Of a DNA stretch of 64,000 nt, positions 13,691-27,058 are shown piece after piece. The notes under the pieces are model-generated. The model made no database searches, was not told the DNA's origin, and was given only the letters and a program-made list of their open reading frames with translations. The number at the start of each line of letters is the position of its first letter. The first letter of the stretch is position 1. The position numbers and the translations under genes were made by a program. This DNA comes from Octopus vulgaris (lineage: Eukaryota): assembly GCA_951406725.2 (NCBI GenBank), contig OX597826.1, positions 12,896,001 through 12,960,000 of the forward strand, read 5' to 3'.

Positions 13691-14918
13691 GTGATAACCT
13701 TCGAAAAAGGTTCACAACACACAGTTAATCATGACAATTTTCGAAGTTCCGTGAGCAAGCCAAAGCACAAAATTTTGCCGCAACTCTTTTCACTCGTAAT
13801 TCCTCGCTCAAAATTCGTTGGCAGAAGTTCCAGAACACACCAGTCATATCAACCCCCTGTGATTAACTGGTACTTATTTTATGTACCATGAAAGGATGAA
13901 AGGCAAAGTCGACCTCGTCGGAATTTGAACTCAGAACGGAAGGCCGGACGAAATGCCGTTAATCATTTTGTCCGGCGTGCAAATAATTCTGACAGCTCGC
14001 CGCCTTGAGTGTATTTGTCTAATATTAATATCTTAAATACCATAACACTCGGCTTACATTACTTGATGTATTTAATAAAAGCAAAGATGTTAGTAGTGTT
14101 GTAAGATTTCTCTGTTTGGAAGTATGAATATTTGTATCCTATATAACTTGTACCTCTCTCTCTCTCTTACTTCTTTTTGACTCGGAGATCAACTATTGAA
14201 CGAATTTTCATTAACTAAAATGACATTTTTTTTCTAATAGATCCATACCATAATTATCATATAAGAGAGTTACAGAAGATGATTTCGCTTCGTGATTACT
14301 ACAAGAAATTTTCAGGAAACTGTGAAAACAGGCGGCCAAAACCCTTTATTATTTAGATTTACAAGAGAAATTATACAAAGATCTGATAATTAAAATCCAT
14401 ACAGTAATCATCATACATAAATATAGAAAAATATCATGAATAGAAATTCATTTGAACATTTAATATTAGTTATATATAAATCATAGACAATGTCGTCGTG
14501 ATGACAAATTCTATTTAGTTATTTATTTATTGTCTTTGGTCAGTAAGTATTATTTCCTACTTGCTTTTATCTAGAAATCAAAGGAAGTGACTACTATTCC
14601 CTTCAAACTTTGCTTTTGTGAGCTGGACGTCAATGTCTTGAAACTGACCTATTTTCCATTACATTTCAGACAGATTCAGTGCTGAGTTGCTAAAGCAGAA
14701 ATATTGTTATATAGCAAATATTCTGCTCAGTACTATAGATTTGCTTGTCAGTTACTTGACCATAACCACTTGAGCATATCCCTTAATTATTTCTTGAGCA
14801 TATCCCTTGAGCATATCCCTTAATGACTGATAAGCATCGCCAGGCCTGGTCGGCGTTTGTGAGAGATGCAGCATTGAAGATAAATGAAGCCAACTCAACC
14901 CACCCCGGGTGAATGCTG

Positions 14919-15056
14919 GAAGAAGAAGAAGAAGAAGAAGAAGAAGAAGAAGAAGAAGAAGAAGAAGAAGATGAAGAAGAAGAAGAAGAAGATGAAGAAG
15001 AAGAAGAAGAAGAAGAAGATGAAAAAGAAGAAGAAGATGAAGAAGAAGAAGAGGAA

Positions 15057-15088
<32 letters not shown>

Positions 15089-15209
15089 TGAAGATGAAGA
15101 AGAAGAAGAAGAAGAAGAAGAAGAAGAAGAAGATGAAGAAGAAGATGAAGAAGAAGATGAAGAAGAAGAAGATGAAGAAGAAGAAGATGAAGAAGAAGAA
15201 GAAGATGAA

Positions 15210-15265
<56 letters not shown>

Positions 15266-15333
15266 AGAAGAAGAAGAAGAAGAAGAAGAAGAAGAAGAAG
15301 AAGAAGAAGAAGAAGAAGAAGAAGAAGAAGAAG

Positions 15334-15363
<30 letters not shown>
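14919..15363. repeat. (GAA)n microsatellite with GAT/GAG variants
   Basis: About 445 bp; source of the poly-E, poly-K and poly-F pseudo-ORFs. Confidence 0.98.
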
Positions 15364-15364
<1 letters not shown>

Positions 15365-15613
15365 GCATCTCAGATCAAGAGCAGAAGTATTGGGGAAGCA
15401 TTATAGCCATGTGTTGCGAAGGATTTTGTGGAGTTGGAAAAATGCAAGAAAAGGCAAGTCTGAAGGAAATATTAACTTTTTCATAATTTCTAAGGGTAAA
15501 CAAAAATGAAATAACATTTGCTACCCAGGGACCAAAATCGTGTTGCATACTGTAATTTATTTCGTGTCAGGTTTCGAATGCAGTAATGAGTAATTGAGTC
15601 AAAAGTAACTTAC

Positions 15614-15937
15614 ATTATCCAGAACACCATTTATTAAATCTTTTCGGTCGATCAGGCCTTGCCAAGTCACGATGACAACAACACTTGAGTTGAAATGTTC
15701 GGCTCCTACCATAGATTGTTGTATGATATTCGTAACATTGGCCTTGATATCTGGATCGGTGACAGCTCGAAAAAATATGCCTTCGTCTTGTCGACTGAAT
15801 TGTTCTGCAGAGAAGGTTGAGTCGAAATACAGAGGAGCAATAAAAGGGGGGTCTTGCACATCATATTCCCTTGGACCATCCCAGTCGACAAGTTCGAACT
15901 TTTGCTTTTTAAATCCTAAACTTCCAAATGGAGTAAC
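15614..15937 (-). CDS. mesh/SUSD2-like gene, NIDO exon
   Basis: cag/gtaag boundaries, 324 nt, phase 0-0. Encodes VTPFGSLGF...DPPFIAPLYFD...FNSSVVVIVTW...GVLDN (FIAP and vvTW are NIDO motifs). Confidence 0.93.
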
Positions 15938-16086
15938 CTGTCAATACAAAATATACAAGAAATAAGTGACATAACTATACGCAATGCGCACGCGGATCTA
16001 CTGACGCACAGACACATGCATACGCACATACACACACACACACACAAGCGCACAATAATGATGATGATGATGAGAAGGAGGATAAC

Positions 16087-16139
<53 letters not shown>

Positions 16140-16370
16140 TTTCAATTTTTCGCCACAAGGGCATTTTGGGGGAAGAGATTAAGTCGATTAAATCGACACC
16201 AGTGCGTAACTGGTACTTATTTAATCGACCCCAAAAAGATGAAAGGCAAAGTCGACCGTGGCGGAATTTGAATTGAAAGCGTAAAGACGGACGAAATGCC
16301 GCTAAGCATTTTATCCGGAGTGCTAACGATTCGGCCAAATTGCCTCCTTAATAATAATAATAATAATAAC

Positions 16371-16428
<58 letters not shown>

Positions 16429-19075
16429 GAATAAATGATTCTGGTATAAGGCCACCAATTTCGGATGAGGGATAAGTCGATCCCAGTTCTCAACTGGTAC
16501 TTATTTCATCGATCCCAAAAGGATGAAGGACAAAGTCGTCTTTAATGAAATTTGAACTCAAAACGTAACGACAGACGAAATGCTTCTGAGCATTTTTCCC
16601 GGCGTGCTATCGATTCTGCCAGCTCACTGCCTAATAATAAGGATAAGTATTTGAAGAAGAATCGGAGTAAGATTATCAGTGAAAAAGTTGAGCAGTAGTA
16701 GGAGAGAAAATGTAGAAGGGATTTTAATTGTGTTGCTGATATGTGTATATAAGTCGGCTGATTTAGTGGTGCGGTGTGTATAATTATTCAGAGAATGATT
16801 TGGTCTAAAATAATTCGAGCAATAAGTTATCACCATTCACTGTTTTCAACCATCTTGACTTACAAATGGCTTGAAATATTTGAGCGTTGTAAATATTTTG
16901 TGCACACGAGAAAATATCAATTGTGATTGACGGTTAAAAAGAGAACATTCAGATATACAACCCACAAAGTTTGCAGGAATGTTTATAAGGATTCACAAGA
17001 CATTAGTTATCATTTGATATTATTACTTATACATAAAAACATTTTAGAAAGACATTTATTGTGAAGTTAACATTTATTCGGATGGATGCAGGTACAATAT
17101 TTTGATCGTTAGGCTGAACAGGAATCTATTGGTTTCCCACTGCTCGCATAAGATAAAAACTGTTCAAAATTATTTTCTTTTTGTGCCATATAATTTAACA
17201 CACTCACCAATAAAATTTCCACTTATTTCTTATTTTTATTTTCCTGACTATTGAAAAGGTTGCAAGACGCAACGAAAATTTTAGGAAAATAAAAATAAGA
17301 AATAAATGGAAATTTTACCGGTGAGTGCGTTAAATTATAAAGCTCAAAAAGAAAATGACTCTCCCCAGACACAACAGAATATGCTTCAACACACGAACTC
17401 ATATAAAGAATCTTGCAAACCAAATCCAAAAACGAAATGTTCAAAATGAGTTGTCGTGAAATTGAATTCTTTTGCTCCATGTGATTCTTTGCATGTGTTT
17501 TTTATAGAATGTATGTGTGTGTGTATATAAAGTGGATCCATCTGATAACCGATGTAGACGACCTCAGAAAAATAGCATAAGAACTATATTAATGCAATTA
17601 AATTTTCTGAATACAGGAAATCGAGATATATTGTCGGCAATCACCAACAATTCAACTCTAAGGCAGCTGTCGCAATATGCATTGTGTGAACCTAAGCTAA
17701 CCTGCTGGAATTCTTCACAATATCTAGGTATTATGGAAAATAATTACATGGAAGCGGAAGTATTGCCACATGGAAACACCCATTGTGTACAACATGGTAT
17801 TATAATACAACTTTCATTGTTTTAGTTATTATTTTCAACCGCGCTCAAATTTAATCCGTTAAGATCTGAGTTATGTGATTCCAACTAAAGACTCGCTTCC
17901 TTTCAAGACAAAAGTTACCTCCCTTCTAGCTTATAATCGTGATCAATCTGATTGCACTATATGATGTCACGAGCCAACGTGAAACCCTCTGCAGAGAAAG
18001 CTTACCACTCCTAGAAATAGCAACCAAATTTTCTTAAGTTACATCGTATTTTCTTTAAAAATTAAGAAATAGAAAGGAAATCTGGACAATGTAAAGTCTG
18101 TAGTCCACGGTTAAAATGTTTTTGTTTGCAAGATTTGGAAATGGTCACGAATACAGGGAGATTTGCATTATGAAACCAACTGTGTTCAGTATAACAGATT
18201 TTTCGTCGGGCTAGTTGTTATGGCCTTAGGTTAGCTATCGTTTTACTAGCCTCAAAGAAACTGCAGGTAGGCTCATTATAGCTCAGCTTAAACGGCTGGT
18301 GTGATTGAAGAGAATCAGTCATTTGTTTTGTCATCAGTCTGAAAAGTATACGTCGTTTGTAGAAAGAAAGAGTGGAAGAAAGTACATCAATTCATAAAAA
18401 TCTATTTCTAAAAAATCGATAAAGAAAATTGAGTGATCTTTTATTACGGGTTTGTGGAAGAAGTACAGGATGTATCCATGACTTATACAGGGTCTTAGAT
18501 AATAAAGAGTGGTAAAGAAGTTACCCTTTTTTTTTTACTACCCACAAGGGGCTAAACACAGGGGAGACAAACAAGGACAGAGAAGCGGATTAAGTCGATT
18601 ACATCGACCCCAGTGCATAACTAGTACTTAATTTTATCGACCCCGAAAGGATGAAAGGCAAAGTCGACCTCGGCGGAATTTGAACTCAGAATGTAACGGC
18701 AGACGAAATACGGCTACGCATTTCGCCCGGCGTGCTAACGTTTCTACCAGCACGCCGCCTGCTATCACGACAAGAATTCTGATCCGAATACTAGCTACAG
18801 AGCGGTTTACGCTAAAGGCAGATAACTAAAAGCTGGTAGTGTTAAACCGGGAGACGTATTTAGTTTACAACTCAAATGAAATTGTGTTGTTTTCTTTGCA
18901 GTTCTTGTTTAAAATAATTGGGAGATGTGAGAAGGCTGTGAAACAGAACAAATAATTAGAAGAGGTGTAGGGAGAAAAGAAAAGTGTAGAAGAGAGAAAT
19001 GAGGAACGAATGATTGGTAAAAAGTATGTGTAAATGCTAGTCTGTGTTTGCGTATACATATAAATAAGTGTATAT

Positions 19076-19677
19076 ATTTCTTTATTGCCCACAAGGGGCT
19101 AAACATAGAGGGGGCAAACAAGGACAGACAAAGGGATTAAGTCGATTATATCGACCCCAGTGCAAAACTGGTACTTTATTTATCGATCCCGAAAGGATGA
19201 AAGGCAAAGTCGACCTCGGCGGAATTTGAACTCAGAACGTAACGACAGACGAAATACCTATTTCTTTACTACCCACGAGGGGCTAAACACAAAGAGGACA
19301 AACAAGGACAGACAAACGGATTAAGTCGATTATATCGACCCCAGTGCAAAACTGGTACTTTATTTATCGATCCCGAAAGGATGAAAGGCAAAGTCGGCCT
19401 CGGCGGAATTTGAACTCACAACGTAGCGACAGACGAAATACCTATTTATTTACTACCCACAAGGGGCTAAACACAGAGAGGACAAACAAGGACAGACAAA
19501 CGGATTAAGTCGATTACATCGACCCCAGTGTGTAACTGGTACTTAATTTATCGACCCCGAAAGGATGAAAGACAAAATCGACCTCGGCGGAATTTGAACT
19601 CAGAACGTAACGGCAGACGAAATACCGCTAAGCATTTCGCCCAGCGCGCTAACGTGTCTGCCAGCTCGCCGCCCTCG
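19076..19677 (-). mobile_element. Deu/Nin-like SINE trimer with 17-bp TSD
   Basis: Three units with 184-bp junction spacing. TSD TATAAATAAGTGTATAT at 19059-19075 and 19678-19694. Confidence 0.9.
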
Positions 19678-20712
19678 TATAAATAAGTGTATATTTACAC
19701 ATAAGTGAAGACATGTTGAGCGTTGTGTGCATGTCTTTGATTCGGAATGTCAGTAACTTTATTATACTTTACGATCAACTGCAACACAAATAACTAATTC
19801 AACAGTTATGTGTCTGTGCATTTGTGTTCATAACAAAAGCATGTCGCTTAAGCGGTGCAATTCCAAACTCTGTATGATTATCTTACACACTAGAACATCT
19901 AATTAAATACACAGGGTGATTTAAAACATCGTTTTAGATAGCGGCCGAGACTACTTACGCTCCTACCTTGGCGTGTTATATCTCTCCTCTCTCTTTCTCT
20001 CACTCTCCCTCTCTTTCTCCCCCCCTCTCTCTCTCTCTCTCTCTTTTCATCCGCCACTCTCCCCACCTTTTCACAGCACCCATCACCGATCTCCCTATTG
20101 AATACATTACTCTTCCCTGAATGATTCTCCTCTGTTAATTCCAACAGCTCAGTGTTTCCAGAACATCTGGTCTATTTACTTGCCGTTCACACTACCCACA
20201 AGCAGCCAAGTCGTATATATCCCTTATATATTGCATATATATCCCTTATACACAAAAGGAGCAGTATTAGATTTAAATAGTCATCTAGGTATCATACTTA
20301 ATGTAAATACATCTTGACAGACAGCATTTCTCTGTTGTATTCGTTCGGAGATAATATCTCCGAGGACGGATTTGGGCTTTAAACCACAATATTTTTTATA
20401 TCACAGGGTGACGAAACTGGATCCAGCAGCAGCGAATGAAAACCTCAGCTGAATTTCTACCTCTTCTGCATCATTAATAACGTGTGTGTACTCATAACCA
20501 GCATGTTCAGACGAAATCCTTCAGCATATATATACGAAAACAGTGAAAGCAATCACTGGTGTTGCAAGCACCTATCCGACTAAAAAGCAACATCCATTTT
20601 ATGAAACTAAAGTAGTATTAGATTGAAATGACCATTTATGTCATACCTAGAGTAGATACATTGTATTAGGCAATTCTTCTGTAGTATTCCGTCCGTGATA
20701 TTTTCTAATATG

Positions 20713-21327
20713 AAGGCAGAGAGCTGGCAGAAACGTTAGCACGCCAAGCGAAATGCTTAGCGGTATTTCGTCTGCTGTTACGTTCTGAGTTCAAATTCCG
20801 CCGAGGTCGACTTTGCCTTTGATCCTTTCGGGGTCGATAAATTAAGTACCAATTACGCACTGGGGTCGATGTAATCGACTTAATCCGTTTGTCTGACCTT
20901 GTTTGTCCCCTCTGTGTTTAGCCCCTTGAGGGTGGTAAAGAAATAGGTATTTCGTCTGCTGTTACGTTCTGAGTTCAAATTCCGCCGAGGTCGACTTTGC
21001 CTTTCATCCTTTCGGGGTCGATTAAATAAGTACCAGTTACACACTGGGGTCGGAATAATCAACTTAATCCCTTTCTCTGTCCTTATTTGTCCTCTCTCTG
21101 TTTAACCCCTTGTGGGCAGTAAAGAAATAAGAAACGTTCGCACGCCGGGCGAAATGTTTAGCGGTATTTCGTCTGCCGCTACGTTCTGAGTTCAAATTTC
21201 TTCGAAGTCGATTTTGCCTTTCATCCTTTCAGGATCGATAAATTAAGTACCAGTTGCGTTCTGGGGTCTATCAAATCGACTGGCCCTCTCCCAAAAAATT
21301 TCGTGCCTTGTGCCTAGAGTAGAAAAG
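20713..21327 (+). mobile_element. Deu/Nin-like SINE trimer with 16-bp TSD
   Basis: TSD GATATTTTCTAATATG at 20697-20712 and 21328-21343. The last unit carries the alternative tail (GCCTTGTGCCTAGAGTAGAAAA). Confidence 0.9.
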
Positions 21328-21838
21328 GATATTTTCTAATATGGATGCAAGAGATAGTTCCATCTCCTTCTAATATATCCTTTAGTTGTTTCGGCCATGC
21401 CCCGGGCCACTGCCTTGAAAAATTCTCACTCGAATGAATCGACCCCACTACTTTTTTTTTTTTTTTAAGCGGGGTACTTATTCCGTAGGACACTTTTGCC
21501 GAACCGCTAACTTACAGGGGCGTAAGCACACCAGCAATGGTTTTGAAGCGGTGGTGGGAGACACACACACAAATACATACACACATAAGCACGATGCGCG
21601 CTTCTTTCACTTTCTATCTACGAAATCCACTCACAAGGCTTGGTCTGGTCGGTTCGAGGTTACAGTAGTAGGTACCTGCCCAAGGTGCCACGCTGTGGAA
21701 CTGAACCCGGAACGGTGTGGTTAGGAAGCACAAACCTGCGCCTAAATGTTGGTAAAGAACCGGACAGAAAGAAAAGAATGCAAATAAACAACCTTAGTAT
21801 TTTCAGTGAATGGTTGAAGAGAGAAGAAATTTTCTTAC

Positions 21839-21972
21839 ATGCAATTGCTTATAACGCATCCCAGCAAAATAAATATCGTGGGGCAACGAAATAATATAGT
21901 CATCTTCGGAATGTTCCGCTTTATCATCTCCTGCACCAACACCAAATTCAAAGAGTGGACTGGCATGGATCA
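21839..21972 (-). CDS. mesh/SUSD2-like gene, most 5' coding exon found (pre-NIDO region)
   Basis: Acceptor ttttatctttcag, donor gtaag. 134 nt, phase 1 to 0. Encodes IHASPLFEFGVGAGDDKAEHSEDDYIISLPHDIYFAGMRYKQLH, matching the LxPFG..GD...DD..I.L...F.G..Y..L motif that precedes NIDO domains. Splices in frame to 15937. Confidence 0.88.
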
Positions 21973-22567
21973 CTGAAAGATAAAAGAAACATTATAAACA
22001 CCTTTACTGAAATATTTCAATCTCATTTTCTGGTCGTTTTTTATCATCAATCTTGATAAAGTCGTTCTCATTTACTAATTCTCCTTTTCTAACTGATTCT
22101 TCTATTATTTATTTTATTCTGTTTTATTTTCAGTTGATTGTTTACTTCAATTTTACACTGCGTTGCCCACCGTAATACGATGCAATTTCGCTAAACATCA
22201 ATTCTAAATATGAATCATTTTTTAATTAATGACTGCGCTCTTTAAATTATGATAATGAACCTATAAAAAAAAACATAGATTAAAATCCATGCAGTTAACA
22301 TTTAATAAAAAAAACAATAATGGATTGCAACATTTGCAATGGTATTAGCAACATTAGTTTCTATTTTGGAAAAAATTTTAAGCTACAATAAAAAAAATTT
22401 TCAAGCTACAATAAAAACAGTGTTTTTTACTTTAAGAGTAATAGCAATTTCAACTGCACATTATGAGTGCAAATCTCGAAAGTTGGATGGTAAAAGGAGA
22501 AAAAAATCATAGTCTTTGAATTAAAATGCCATAAAAGGCCGCGCCACATTCCACATACAGAACATCG

Positions 22568-23338
22568 AAAGGCGGTGAGCTGGCAGAAACGTTAGCACGC
22601 CGGGCGAAATGCTTAGCCGTATTTCGTCTGCCGTTACGTTCTGAGTTCAAATTCCGCCGAGGTCGACTTTGCCTTTCATCCTTTCGAAGTCGATAAATTA
22701 AGTACCAGTTACGCACTGGGGTCGATATAATCGACTTAATCCGCTTGTCTGTCCTTGTTTGTCCTCTCTGTGTTTATCCCCTTGTGGGTAGTAAAGAAAT
22801 AGGTATTTCGTCTGCCGCTACGTTCTGAGTTCAAATTCCGCCGAGGTCGACTTTGCCTTTCATCCTTTCGAAGTCGATAAATTAAGTACAAGTTACGCAC
22901 TGGGGTCGATATAATCGACTTAATCCGCTTGTCTGTCCTTGTTTGTCCTCTCTGTGTTTATCCCCTTGTGGGTAGTAAAGAAATAGGTATTTCGTCTGCC
23001 GCTACGTTCTGAGTTCAAATTCCGCCGAGGTCGACTTTGCCTTTCATCCTTTCGAAGTCGATAAATTAAGTACCAGTTACGCACTGGGGTCGATATAATC
23101 GACTTAATCCGCTTGTCTGTCCTTGTTTGTCCTCTCTGTGTTTAGTCCCTTGTGGATAGTAAAGAAATAGGTATTTCGTCTGTCGTTACGTTCTGAGTTC
23201 AAATTCCGCCGAGGTCGACTTTGTCTTTCATCCTTTCGGAGTCGATAAATTAAGTACCAGTTGCGTTCTGGGGCCGATCTAATCAACTGGCCCCTTCCCC
23301 CCAAATTTCTGGCCTTGAGCCTAGAATACTAAAGAATA
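22568..23338 (+). mobile_element. Deu/Nin-like SINE tetramer
   Basis: Junctions at 22802, 22986 and 23170 (184-bp period). The final unit has the alternative tail. Confidence 0.9.
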
Positions 23339-24461
23339 TTGTACAATAGATACGTGTCTGTTAAACAATATTATATGTTAGTAATATTTCCTTTACTGCA
23401 TGCTTTCAGCATTAAATAAAGGATATTCAAATATTATGCTTTGCACTGCCACCGTGTGTATGTAGCCATATTCTAAAATGGCGATGGTATACACAGACAG
23501 TCCAACGTATATATTAGCCAGATAATACATAATAGTGAAACTTCACGTTAATGACAGCGTAGCTAAACTTTTATACTGTTAAATATATACAGTAATGCCT
23601 CACTTTACGAGGAACCGCTTTATGAGATCCCGGGTTTATGAGTTTTATTTCTCAAACACAAGATCCAAATTTTGAACAAAGCGCAAAAGTTTCTGCTTGT
23701 TATCGAGAGATTTATAGAGAGCCAAGAAAAACGCTTCTTCTAAGCAAAGAGATCTGGACTTTACAGTTCTATATTTAAGAGATGAGGAATTATGTACATT
23801 ATTTACATTATTTACATTCGACGGATATTTGTCTTCATCTTCTTTGTTGTTAACACAACGTTTAGGCTGATATACCCACCAACCTTCTTCGGATGTCTTG
23901 CGGAAATTTCGAACGTGGGTTCTCATTCCTAAGGAATGGAGGGTATATCTGCCAAAACGTTGTGTTAACAACAAACAAGATGAGGACAAATATCCGTCGA
24001 ATGTAAATAATGTTAATAATGTAAATAAAGCTCTAGACTTGTTTTTTTTAAAAGAAATCTACAAGTCCGTCTACGAGTGCTTGTGAATCGACGATGATGT
24101 GCGCGAGTGAAAGTGATTGAGTAAACGATTATCATAATAATTTTTTTTTTATTATAAGGAATCTTGACATTCATTTTACTTTACTTAAAATATTCTTTAC
24201 ATTCTGTTGTTTTATTGCCGTTTATTTACGAGTATTATCAATTTTATCGGTAAAATATTTTTCTGAGAACGAATTACGATTTAACATTGCAATAATGGGA
24301 TATAATTGCTCTGCTTTATGAGTTGTCGCTTTACAAGCGGTCTCCGGGATCAAATTAACTCGTATATCAAGGCATGCGAGTACACACCTGCGCACATAAC
24401 TCCTTTCCCACATATAACTGAAACTTTCCCACTTATAACCGAAACCAAAATGAAGACCAGT

Positions 24462-24509
<48 letters not shown>

Positions 24510-25360
24510 AACAACCGATGCCATACAACATAAATTCGTTATTAATTCAAATTATCTCCGTCTTCTGAGAATAATTACCGAATGACAATTTAGATTAGTT
24601 CCATATGAGAAGGGGAAATAATCCCAAGAACTTTGACATACCATTAAGAAAGAAGTGGACAGGCTAATTGTCTAGAGATAAGAGGAAAGTTGTTGTCATG
24701 TATTTCTGCTTCATTTTGCATCATCAGCACGGCAATTGTTCAAACGTATTTCCAGTAACGAAGTGACCTAAACGTATACTAAAATAATAGAACTTGTTTA
24801 TGGCTTTGGTAATACGACTGTATATATGTATGATAATTAGCAAATGGCAATTAAGACCAGCTCCGTATGAGAATGGATGATAATCTTAAGAATCAAGTAT
24901 GCTTCAAAGTTGACATGACATTGAGAGAAAGGACAGGCTTATCGCCAGGAGAAAAGAGGGCAGTCGATAGTATGTGTTTCTGCCTCAATAGGCGTCATCA
25001 GCATGACAGTTGTCGAAGCTTATCTCAAATAGCCAAGAGACGTAGACATACGTAAAAAGAGAACAGATTTATGACCGTGATGATGTGTGTGTGTGCGTGC
25101 GTGCGTGCGTGTGCGTGAGTGTGTGGGCGGGTGTGAGTGTGTGTGTGTGTGTATGCATTAACATTCATATATACACGCATATATTAACACCTGTTAAACC
25201 TATTTACAGTAAGATTTATGAGTTGCAAGAAAGCAATTACTGGGAATTCCAAGTAAAATATTTCAGGTTAAATAATGTTTAGTTACATGCGGATTATTAT
25301 TATAATATAGTGGTGATGAGAAATCATTACCAACATCAACGACTGTAAAAAGCACTATCA

Positions 25361-25737
25361 TCTTTATATATAAAAGAGAAGTTGTGTGTCTGTTTCGTAC
25401 GATTTAGATTCCTAACTACTCCCACATTTTGCGGTGCAGTTTAACCAAAACCGGGTATCTTATAGTCGTGATTCATATCGAGCCCTTCTGGGTATTAGCG
25501 CGCGTCTACAATGAGTCTACGATTTTAAAAAAAATTACCATCATTTTTTTCGCTATTATATAAGGGAAGTAACTCTCTAAAAATGTCTACGATGAGTCAA
25601 CGATTTAAAAAAAAATTTATCATCATTTTTTTCCATTTTTAATGCATTCTTTTGCTATCTTTTGGCTATAACTCTCTAAAAATGCTTATATAGTTATTTC
25701 CCTTACAGACCCGAGCAACGCCGGGCGATACTGCTAG
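25361..25737 (+). mobile_element. Non-autonomous Helitron
   Basis: A|TC...CTAG|T ends, subterminal hairpin CCCGAGCAACGCCGGG, no TSD. Confidence 0.82.
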
Positions 25738-26401
25738 TTAATAATAAAAGCAAAAATTCAAATCAACATCTTCAACGACATCGACAAACGACTAGTTATA
25801 ACTACAAGAATACTATCAACAACAACAACAACAATAACAACATCAACACCAACGCCAACAACTACAAATTCAAGAAATATAGTGTAAACAACATTATCAG
25901 CCTACACCATTAATAACAACAACACCAGCTTTCCTTTCGTAGGTATTTCAGATGTACACGTATGAAGATACCAATATAATAGAAGGATATTGACAAGTTG
26001 AATTTCACTGTTGGGCACAAAGTAGTGCAGCGTCAGTGTCTAGAGACAAACATGTCAAGACTTCAGATAGATGTATAATATTCTTTTGACAGCTCCGCGT
26101 GATGTCTACGCCATTAAAGCTCTTGTGAAATTCATGAACATGACGTAATCTGATTGCGTTTCTCTTTAGTTGTATGATCTGTTGCATAAGCAGAATATTA
26201 TTTGATGATGGGTAATGGCTGAATAGATAATCTTCTAGACCCGGCTTTGTAACATCTTGATTTGTTTTTGTTTTTGTATTTCTTATCTTATTTTATTTTA
26301 TTTAGGATTTGCTGTGCTTTGGGCAAGATAATTCGAATATATCCTGCTGTCGTTTTCTTGCTTGGCAGCAGAGGTAAAAATTAGAAGCGATCGAACGATT
26401 G

Positions 26402-26404
<3 letters not shown>

Positions 26405-26448
<44 letters not shown>

Positions 26449-26914
26449 AGACACACACACATACACACACAGACACACACACGCACACAACCGCACACGA
26501 ATACATACGGACACTCATTTTTATATATATGTATATATGCATATGCCTACATTTCTGTGTGTATGTATATATATATGTATATATATATATGTATATATGT
26601 GTGTATGTATGTATGTATGAATATATATGTATATACATATACATGCATATGTATATATACACATATATATATATGCACATATGTACATGTATATATATAT
26701 ATATATACATGTATATATATACACACATACATACATGTATATATGTGTGAGTGTATGTATGAATATCTCTACCTATGTTTAGCTATATATATACACACAC
26801 ACATATATACACATTTATATATACGTATATATACTTGTATACATATACATATATTTATACATACATACACACATACATACATACATACATACATACATAC
26901 ATTTACACACACAC

Positions 26915-26947
<33 letters not shown>

Positions 26948-27007
26948 CATACATTTACACACACACGCACACATACACACATACACGTACGCACACACAC
27001 GCACACA

Positions 27008-27057
<50 letters not shown>
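26405..27057. repeat. Compound (CA)n/(TA)n/(TACA)n microsatellite
   Basis: Low-complexity tract seen directly. Confidence 0.95.

Positions 27058-27058
<1 letters not shown>

Noticed and set aside
14884-15509. Long poly-K, poly-E and poly-F ORFs
   Set aside because: Translations of a (GAA)n microsatellite inside an intron.
22507-23304. Recurrent RNWYL..RPRKDERQSRPRRNLNSER peptides suggesting a gene family
   Set aside because: Antisense translations of SINE copies.
22568-23338. Regularly spaced repeats resembling a CRISPR array
   Set aside because: No unique spacers, units are 184-bp SINE bodies, the context is eukaryotic, and there are no cas genes.
24970-25010. Minus-strand CTGATGA-C-GCCT-ATTG-AGGC-A-GAAAC hammerhead-like word
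   Set aside because: No stem III, cleavage triplet or stem I partner follows. Chance match or fully decayed relic.
26306-26373. Plus-strand 68-nt segment with a good acceptor and donor
   Set aside because: No partner exons or recognisable peptide. Could be a lncRNA exon but is unsupported.
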